Below, piece after piece: positions 1-6,086 of a stretch of DNA of 51,370 bases. The translations under genes and the position numbers were made by a program. This stretch comes from Prevotella sp. GTDB lineage: Bacteria; Bacteroidota; Bacteroidia; Bacteroidales; Bacteroidaceae. The notes under the pieces are model-generated. The model did not search any database. It was given only the letters and a program-made list of their open reading frames with translations, and was not told the origin of the DNA. Positions within the stretch are counted from its first letter, which is position 1; each line of letters starts with the position of its first letter. The stretch is from NCBI GenBank assembly GCA_024692385.1, contig JAILMS010000102.1, positions 1 to 51,370 of the forward strand, in the 5' to 3' direction.

Positions 1-9
1 AAAGAAACA

Positions 10-561
10 ATGAAAACCGTTTACGACTACACTGTCAAAGACAGAAAAGGTAAGGATGTCTCACTGAAAGAGTATGCCAACGAAGTACTGCTCATCGTCA
101 ACACAGCCACAAAATGTGGCTTCACACCCCAGTACGACGAGCTGGAAGCCCTTTACAAGAAGTATCACGCTGAGGGCTTCGAGATTCTCGACTTCCCCTG
201 CAACCAGTTCGGTCAGCAGGCACCAGGCACTGATGAGAGCATCCACGAGTTTTGTAAACTGAACTTTGGCACCGATTTCCCCCGTTTCAAGAAGGTAAAG
301 GTGAATGGTGACGATGCCGATGCACTGTTCCAGTTTCTGAAGGAGCAGAAGGGCTTTGCCGGCTGGGATATGGAGCACCCTATCGCCCACATTCTGGACG
401 ACATGCTCACCAAGGCCGATCCTGACTACAAGAAGAAGGCCGACATCAAGTGGAACTTCACCAAGTTCCTGATTAACAAGAAAGGCCAGGTTGTAGCTCG
501 CTTCGAGCCAACAGAGAAAATCGAGAATATCGCCAAGAAAATCGAAGAATTGCTGAAATAA
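10..561 (+). CDS. gpx: Glutathione peroxidase family protein (Cys-type, probably thioredoxin-dependent)
   Basis: Motifs VNTATKCGFTPQY, FPCNQF and WNFTKFL; second Cys in EFCKLNF; ends 4 nt before trxB. Confidence 0.95.
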   Translation: MKTVYDYTVKDRKGKDVSLKEYANEVLLIVNTATKCGFTPQYDELEALYKKYHAEGFEILDFPCNQFGQQAPGTDESIHEFCKLNFGTDFPRFKKVKVNGDDADALFQFLKEQKGFAGWDMEHPIAHILDDMLTKADPDYKKKADIKWNFTKFLINKKGQVVARFEPTEKIENIAKKIEELLK

Positions 562-565
562 AACG

Positions 566-1498
566 ATGGAACACGTAAAATGTTTGATTATCGGCAGTGG
601 CCCTGCAGGGTACACTGCCGCTATCTATGCCAGCAGAGCCAACCTGCAGCCCGTAGAATATAGCGGTATGCAGCCTGGCGGTCAGCTGACACAGACCACC
701 GAGGTAGAAAACTTCCCTGGCTATCCACAGGGTGTTGACGGCAACCAGATGATGATGGACCTGCGCGAACAGGCCGAGCGCTTTGGTGCTGACATCCGCG
801 ACGGAAGCATCACTAAGGTAGACTTCTCCAGTCGTCCATACCACCTCTTGGATGAGAACAACAACGAAATAGAGGCCGAAACCGTTATTATCGCTACAGG
901 AGCCTCTGCCAAGTATCTGGGACTGGACGACGAGCGCAAATACAACGGACAGGGCGTTTCTGCCTGTGCCACCTGCGACGGATTCTTCTATCGCAAGAAG
1001 ACCGTAGCTGTAGTAGGTGGTGGCGATACCGCCTGTGAGGATGCGCTCTACCTAAGCGGACTGGCCAAGAAGGTATATCTCATCGTGCGCAAGCCCTTCC
1101 TGCGTGCCTCTAAGGTCATGCAAGACCGCGTAATGGCTGCAGAAAACATCGAGATACTCTTCGAGCACAACACCCTTGGCCTCTTTGGCGAGAACGGTGT
1201 AGAAGGCGCTCACCTGGTAAAGCGTAAGGGCGAAGCTGACGAGCAGCTGGTAGACATCCAGATTGACGGATTCTTCCTGGCTATTGGCCACAAGCCTAAC
1301 ACAGATATCTTCAAGGAGTGGCTGGACACCGACGAGGTAGGCTACCTCAAGAAGATTGACGGAACACCACGCACTAAGCTGCCTGGCATCTTTGTAGCTG
1401 GCGACTGCGCCGATCCCGTCTATCGCCAAGCCATCAGCGCTGCTGGTACAGGCTGTCAGGCAGCCATCGAAGCAGAACGCTTCTTGCTAGAGCACTAA
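566..1498 (+). CDS. trxB: Thioredoxin-disulfide reductase
   Basis: GSGPAG FAD motif, GGQL, active-site CATCDG, GGGDTA NADPH motif, YRQAI. Confidence 0.97.
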   Translation: MEHVKCLIIGSGPAGYTAAIYASRANLQPVEYSGMQPGGQLTQTTEVENFPGYPQGVDGNQMMMDLREQAERFGADIRDGSITKVDFSSRPYHLLDENNNEIEAETVIIATGASAKYLGLDDERKYNGQGVSACATCDGFFYRKKTVAVVGGGDTACEDALYLSGLAKKVYLIVRKPFLRASKVMQDRVMAAENIEILFEHNTLGLFGENGVEGAHLVKRKGEADEQLVDIQIDGFFLAIGHKPNTDIFKEWLDTDEVGYLKKIDGTPRTKLPGIFVAGDCADPVYRQAISAAGTGCQAAIEAERFLLEH

Positions 1499-1500
1499 GA

Positions 1501-1621
1501 ACTGGTATTGCCAGCCAAGCTGGCAATACTAACTAGTATCACTAGGAAAGCCAGTCCAACCAGAGATACCAGAGTGACTAGAGAGACCAGAGCAACCAGA
1601 GATACTAGAGCAACCAGAAAA
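1501..1621. repeat. Degenerate 9-nt tandem repeat (RCYAGnnnn) with a small palindrome
   Basis: Ten in-register units at 1532-1621 (actagtatc, actaggaaa, gccagtcca, accagagat, accagagtg, actagagag, accagagca, accagagat, actagagca, accagaaaa). Three more units at 1501-1527 overlap the inverted repeat gtattgccagc-caa-gctggcaatac. Confidence 0.85.
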
Positions 1622-1636
1622 AAATCACAGAAGATA

Positions 1637-1675
1637 CAAAAAACAGAAAAGTCCCGCTTCACAGCGAGGCTTTTC
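1637..1675 (-). terminator. Intrinsic terminator, minus strand (possibly bidirectional)
   Basis: Minus strand reads GAAAAGCCUCGCU-GUGA-AGCGGGACUUUUC followed by UGUUUUUUG. The G-U pair and GNRA loop form on the minus strand. Confidence 0.8.
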
Positions 1676-1790
1676 CTTGTAAAAACTAAATTAATCAACC
1701 ATAAACCTTAACCATTAAAAATCTCTTGTTATGACTTAGAGTATGAAACACTCTATAAATTCAAAATGGAATTCGCTAATTCCTTATTGA
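1640..1790 (-). ncRNA. Candidate small RNA of about 150 nt
   Basis: Bounded by a TATTTTTG -7 box (1796-1803, minus) and the terminator at 1637-1675; contains two short hairpins (1768-1783, 1737-1755); no credible ORF. Confidence 0.55.
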
Positions 1791-1795
1791 CAATG

Positions 1796-1803
1796 CAAAA
1801 ATA
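1796..1803 (-). promoter_or_regulatory. Bacteroidota sigma-A -7 box for the candidate sRNA
   Basis: Minus strand TATTTTTGCA matches TAnnTTTG. Confidence 0.6.
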
Positions 1804-1961
1804 CAACATAATTTTTAAATACAGGTTTAGATAACATTAAATAATGTTTAATTATCATTATTTATACGTTTTTTCGACTCCAAATAACGTTTTTCAAACT
1901 AAAATTAAACCATTTAACATATTTTTAACGACGAGAGAGCGTATTTTTAAAACCAAAGTCG

Positions 1962-1969
1962 TATTTTTG
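1962..1969 (+). promoter_or_regulatory. -7 box for the AraC regulator
   Basis: TATTTTTGC about 20 nt upstream of the ATG at 1989. Confidence 0.65.
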
Positions 1970-1988
1970 CAACGATTAAATATTGCCT

Positions 1989-3017
1989 ATGAGTACGATT
2001 CAAATCATTCTTATCTGTATAATTGTCGTTTTGGCGCTCATAAATCTACGTTTTTGGGTGCGTCAAACAACAGGTAAACATCATTTTATGTTGCCTGGAA
2101 GGATAAGTTTGCACATCAGCAGCAATGACATCATGCTATATTTGAAAGAAAATGGTGATAATGTAAAAGCAATATTCGAGAACAAAGGCATTGACTTCAG
2201 CATTAAGTGTGAGCCAGATAGCATGATGGGCTGGATCGACAAAGAGTTATTAGACAGAATATTGCTATTACTATTATCAGATGCTGCAAAGCGCCTGCAA
2301 AACGGCGGAAAAGTTTCTATAGAAGCCTGTACCAATCATAATTTCGACAATATCAGCATACAACTCAGCGATAATGGAGAAAAGATTAACGATACCGGTC
2401 TGCTGATTATTCAGCATCTGGTAGCCACGCATCGCGGTACGCTAAAGAATGAATACTACGAGCAACAAGGCAACAGCATCACTATTGAGCTGCCTATCAA
2501 GAAAGATGCTTATGAGACTGAACAGCTGGAAAGTGACAACTCGTCAGCATTCCATATTCCTAATAATATTAAGCTGCGCGTACCTACTATAGAGATTCCC
2601 AGCGGATATGAAGAGGGTAATATTAGCCTACAGCAGATTATGCGAGCCCCCCACTCTGCCAATCAGGAATTTCTGCGGAGAGCAATAGACTGTATCAACG
2701 AGCACCTCAGCGAAACGGACTACGACCGACAGACTTTTGCCTCTGATATGGGATGTAGCGTAAGTACCTTATATAATAAGATACGCGAACTGACGGGCAA
2801 AAACATTAGTAACTTTGCACGCGACATCCGTATCAAGACTGCCTGCAAGCTTGCTAAGGAGAATCCTGACCTGCGCGTCAGCGACATCGCCTATCAGGTG
2901 GGATTTAAAGATCCGAAATATTTTGCCACCTCCTTCAAGCGTGTTACGGGCATGCAGCCGAAAGAATACTTCCTTCAGCTGAGAAGAGGAGATAATATCA
3001 GTGTAGTTGGCGCTTAG
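1989..3017 (+). CDS. Membrane-anchored AraC-family regulator with degenerate HATPase_c domain (reduced hybrid two-component system)
   Basis: N-terminal hydrophobic helix; HATPase-like segment (DKELLDRILLLLLSDAAK...LSDNG...GNSITIELPI); C-terminal AraC HTH (STLYNKIRELTG...VSDIAYQVGFKDPKYF). ATG at 1989 preferred over TTG at 1983. Confidence 0.85.
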   Translation: MSTIQIILICIIVVLALINLRFWVRQTTGKHHFMLPGRISLHISSNDIMLYLKENGDNVKAIFENKGIDFSIKCEPDSMMGWIDKELLDRILLLLLSDAAKRLQNGGKVSIEACTNHNFDNISIQLSDNGEKINDTGLLIIQHLVATHRGTLKNEYYEQQGNSITIELPIKKDAYETEQLESDNSSAFHIPNNIKLRVPTIEIPSGYEEGNISLQQIMRAPHSANQEFLRRAIDCINEHLSETDYDRQTFASDMGCSVSTLYNKIRELTGKNISNFARDIRIKTACKLAKENPDLRVSDIAYQVGFKDPKYFATSFKRVTGMQPKEYFLQLRRGDNISVVGA

Positions 3018-4449
3018 ACAGCCAAAGACCGAGGAAAGTGAAGAGGCCATTCAGCATCAGCAGTTCATAGCCGAAGTGATAGCCCGTCAGTTGTCCTACC
3101 ATCATATCCAACAAATAGCAGATTACAGGTGATGCCAGACAGATGTATGGCACCATACGGTCGTTGGCATGCCGCTTGGTCAACAGTCCAAAGGCAAACA
3201 ATCCTAAGAGCGGACCATACGTATAAGAGCAGAGGATATAGATGGCATCAATAACACTGGTAGAATTGAGCACCTTGAACAGCAGGATAAACACTACGAA
3301 GATAGCCGCCATACCAATATGTACACGACGACGCAACCGCTCATCGTCAGCACGACCGCAGATATCTACGCAATAGCTTGTAGTCAGCGCAGTGAGTGCT
3401 GAATCTGCACTGGAGAAGGCTGCCGCCACCATACCCAGAATAAATATGTAAGAAACCAACGGGAAGACAGTAGAAGTGTGGACAACGTAGACGGAAAGCA
3501 GTTCGTCACCTTTTGCCGGCATTGTCAGGCCTTGTTGCTGGTACCATAACGTAAGCAATACACCTAATGACAGGAACAGCAGATTGGCAGGCAGGAAGGC
3601 AACGCCATAGGTACACATATCCTTCTGTGCATCGCGCAGCGAACGACATGTCAGGTTTTTCTGCATCATATCCTGATCCAAACCGGTCATCACGATAGCG
3701 ATAAACGCACCACTCAGAAACTGTTTCCAGAAATATTGCTTAGAGAACCAGTCGTCCATCACAAAGACACGCGACAGTTCACTATGATAGATTGCCGTCA
3801 CAGCATCACCCGTTGTCATATCCAGATCACCCATCACCTTATATATAATAAGGAGAAGAGTTCCAAAAAGGCAAACGGTCTGTAGCACATCGGTCCATAC
3901 CAGCGTCTTGATGCCGCCTCGACGGGTATAGAGCCAGATAAGCAGCATCATTATAACCACCACAACTGCAAAGAGTAAGTCGTTAGAAGATGTGCTGCCT
4001 TTGCCAAGAGATGACGATAAGCCACACTCCATCAATATCCAACACACTACATAGAAGCGCACAGCAGCACCCGTCATCTTTGACAGCAAGAAGAACGACG
4101 CACCCGTCTTATAGGCCCGCTGACCAATACGCTGGCCCAGATAGCTATAGATAGTTGTCAGATTCAGACGATAATAGAGCGGCAACAAGACAAAGGCTAT
4201 CACGACATATCCGACGATGAATCCCATGCATGTCTGCAGATACGTCATACCAATACTATTCACCATGCCCGGTACCGATATGAAGGTAACACCAGAGATA
4301 GAGGCGCCCACCATACCAATAGCCACCATATACCATGGTGACTGGCGGTCAGCACGGTAGAAAGTCTGATTGGTAGCCCGTCTGCCCGTCCAACGACTGA
4401 TGGCAAACAACAAAGCGAAATAGCATAGAACGATAGCAATCATTGTCAT
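2998..4449 (-). CDS. Sodium:solute symporter family protein
   Basis: SISGVTFISVPG, GGIKTLVWTD, GLDQDMMQK and AAAFSSADS motifs; many TM helices. Start moved to ATG 4449 because the upstream extension only translates a promoter and a repeat tract. Confidence 0.92.
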   Translation of the reverse strand: MTMIAIVLCYFALLFAISRWTGRRATNQTFYRADRQSPWYMVAIGMVGASISGVTFISVPGMVNSIGMTYLQTCMGFIVGYVVIAFVLLPLYYRLNLTTIYSYLGQRIGQRAYKTGASFFLLSKMTGAAVRFYVVCWILMECGLSSSLGKGSTSSNDLLFAVVVVIMMLLIWLYTRRGGIKTLVWTDVLQTVCLFGTLLLIIYKVMGDLDMTTGDAVTAIYHSELSRVFVMDDWFSKQYFWKQFLSGAFIAIVMTGLDQDMMQKNLTCRSLRDAQKDMCTYGVAFLPANLLFLSLGVLLTLWYQQQGLTMPAKGDELLSVYVVHTSTVFPLVSYIFILGMVAAAFSSADSALTALTTSYCVDICGRADDERLRRRVHIGMAAIFVVFILLFKVLNSTSVIDAIYILCSYTYGPLLGLFAFGLLTKRHANDRMVPYICLASPVICYLLDMMVGQLTGYHFGYELLMLNGLFTFLGLWLSKRQLH

Positions 4450-4458
4450 AATTGGCTG

Positions 4459-4466
4459 CAAAGGTA
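4459..4466 (-). promoter_or_regulatory. -7 box for the symporter
   Basis: Minus strand TACCTTTGCA about 10 nt upstream of the start codon. Confidence 0.65.
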
Positions 4467-4473
4467 CTTGATA

Positions 4474-4556
4474 AAATTGAGAATTGAAAATTGAGAATTG
4501 AGAATTTTCAATGGCGACGGCAATTTTTTCACTTTTCATTTTTCGCTTTTCACTTT
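4474..4556. repeat. Two inward-facing heptamer tracts, (RAATTGA)4 and (YTTTTCR)4
   Basis: aaattga gaattga aaattga gaattga at 4474-4501; tttttca cttttca tttttcg cttttca at 4525-4552. Confidence 0.85.
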
Positions 4557-4563
4557 ATTTTCG

Positions 4564-4571
4564 TAATTTTG
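4564..4571 (+). promoter_or_regulatory. -7 box for trpB2
   Basis: TAATTTTGCA about 35 nt upstream of the ATG. Confidence 0.7.
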
Positions 4572-4605
4572 CAAGCGGTAATCACTAACCAACAAACAAA
4601 AAGCA

Positions 4606-5967
4606 ATGGCAAAACAGAAGAAATTTATCCTTCAAGAGAGTGAGATTCCAACACAGTGGTATAACATTCAGGCAGACATGCCCAACAAGCCCATGCCGCC
4701 CATCCACCCTGCTACTAAACAGCCTCTGGGTGTAGACGACCTTGCACACATCTTCCCTCGTGAGTGCTGTGTACAGGAGCTGGACACTGAGCATCGCTGG
4801 ATAGACATCCCTGAAGACGTGCTCGAGAAGTACAAGTATTACCGCTCTACCCCACTGGTTCGCGCCTATGCACTGGAAGAAGCATTGGGCACACCAGCAC
4901 ACATCTATTTCAAGAATGAATCAACCAACCCGCTGGGTTCTCATAAGATTAACTCTGCCCTGCCCCAGTGCTACTACGCTAAGCAGGAAGGTACTAAGAA
5001 CGTTACAACAGAGACGGGTGCCGGTCAGTGGGGTGCAGCATTGAGCTATGCAGCCAAAATCTATGGTCTTGACTGCGCTGTATATCAGGTAAAGATTACC
5101 ATGCAGCAGAAGCCCTATCGCTCTAGCATCATGCGTACCTTCGGTGCTGTTGTAGAGGGTTCTCCTTCTATGTCAACTCGTGCTGGTAAGGACATCCTCA
5201 CCAAGGATCCTACGCATAGTGGTTCTCTGGGTACTGCTATCTCTGAAGCCGTAGAGCTGGCAACGACGACACCTAATTGTAAATATACACTGGGCTCTGT
5301 GCTCAACCATGTAGGTCTGCACCAGACTATCATCGGTTTGGAAGCTGAGAAGCAGATGCAGATGGCTGGTGAGTATCCCGACATCGTGATTGGCTGCTTC
5401 GGTGGTGGTTCAAACTTCGGTGGTATCTCTTTCCCCTTCATGCGTCACAACCTGAGCGGTGAGCGTCATACTGAGTTCATTGCTGCTGAGCCAGACAGCT
5501 GTCCTAAGCTGACACGCGGTCAGTTCCGCTACGATTTCGGTGACGAGGCTGGTTACACACCACTGCTGCCCATGTTCACACTGGGCCACAACTTCAAGCC
5601 CTCTAATATCCATGCTGGCGGTCTGCGCTACCACGGTGCTGGTATGATTATCTCACAGCTTATCAAGGATGGTCTGATGCATGGCGTCGATATTCCTCAG
5701 CTCGAGACCTTTGAGGCTGGTATGCTGTTCGCTCGTACCGAGGGTATCATCCCCGCTCCTGAGAGCTGCCACGCCATCGCTGCTACCATCCGCGAGGCCA
5801 ACAAGTGTAAGGAGACTGGCGAGGCTAAGGTTATCCTTTTCAACCTCTCTGGTCACGGACTCATTGACATGCCAAGCTACGAATCATTCATCAAGGGCGA
5901 CCTGCAGAACTACACCGTTACTGACGAAATGATTGCAGAGAATCTGGCAGAGCTGGATAAACAATAA
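4606..5967 (+). CDS. trpB2: TrpB2-type tryptophan synthase beta-like PLP enzyme
   Basis: GSHKINSA (PLP lysine), TETGAGQWG, GGGSNFGG, HAGGLRYHG, PAPES; 453 aa; no adjacent trpA. Confidence 0.93.
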   Translation: MAKQKKFILQESEIPTQWYNIQADMPNKPMPPIHPATKQPLGVDDLAHIFPRECCVQELDTEHRWIDIPEDVLEKYKYYRSTPLVRAYALEEALGTPAHIYFKNESTNPLGSHKINSALPQCYYAKQEGTKNVTTETGAGQWGAALSYAAKIYGLDCAVYQVKITMQQKPYRSSIMRTFGAVVEGSPSMSTRAGKDILTKDPTHSGSLGTAISEAVELATTTPNCKYTLGSVLNHVGLHQTIIGLEAEKQMQMAGEYPDIVIGCFGGGSNFGGISFPFMRHNLSGERHTEFIAAEPDSCPKLTRGQFRYDFGDEAGYTPLLPMFTLGHNFKPSNIHAGGLRYHGAGMIISQLIKDGLMHGVDIPQLETFEAGMLFARTEGIIPAPESCHAIAATIREANKCKETGEAKVILFNLSGHGLIDMPSYESFIKGDLQNYTVTDEMIAENLAELDKQ

Positions 5968-6022
5968 AAGTGGAAAGTTGAAAGTTAAAACATAGAACAT
6001 TCAACCCTCAACATTCAACATT
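5967..6022. repeat. Heptamer tract, eight units in register
   Basis: aaagtgg aaagttg aaagtta aaacata gaacatt caaccct caacatt caacatt directly after the trpB2 stop. Confidence 0.75.
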
Positions 6023-6068
6023 AAAAAAAGCTGCGCTACTCGATTGAGTTAGCGCAGTCTTTTTATTT
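6023..6068. terminator. Bidirectional intrinsic terminator between convergent genes
   Basis: A7-g-ctgcgcta-ctc-gatt-gag-t-tagcgcag-tcttttt. Confidence 0.8.
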
Positions 6069-6086
6069 ATACCTTATTATATCTTC

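Noticed and set aside
1532-1621. Possible CRISPR-like array
   Set aside because: Units are 9 nt with 4-nt variable parts, far too short, and there are no cas genes.
1495-1711. ORFs 1508..1711 (+) and 1495..1698 (-) with TRE/LVS periodicity
   Set aside because: They are translations of the 9-nt array and run through a terminator; no independent coding evidence.
4450-4539. N-terminal extension of the symporter (ENSQFSIFNSQF)
   Set aside because: It translates the heptamer tract and crosses the -7 promoter box.
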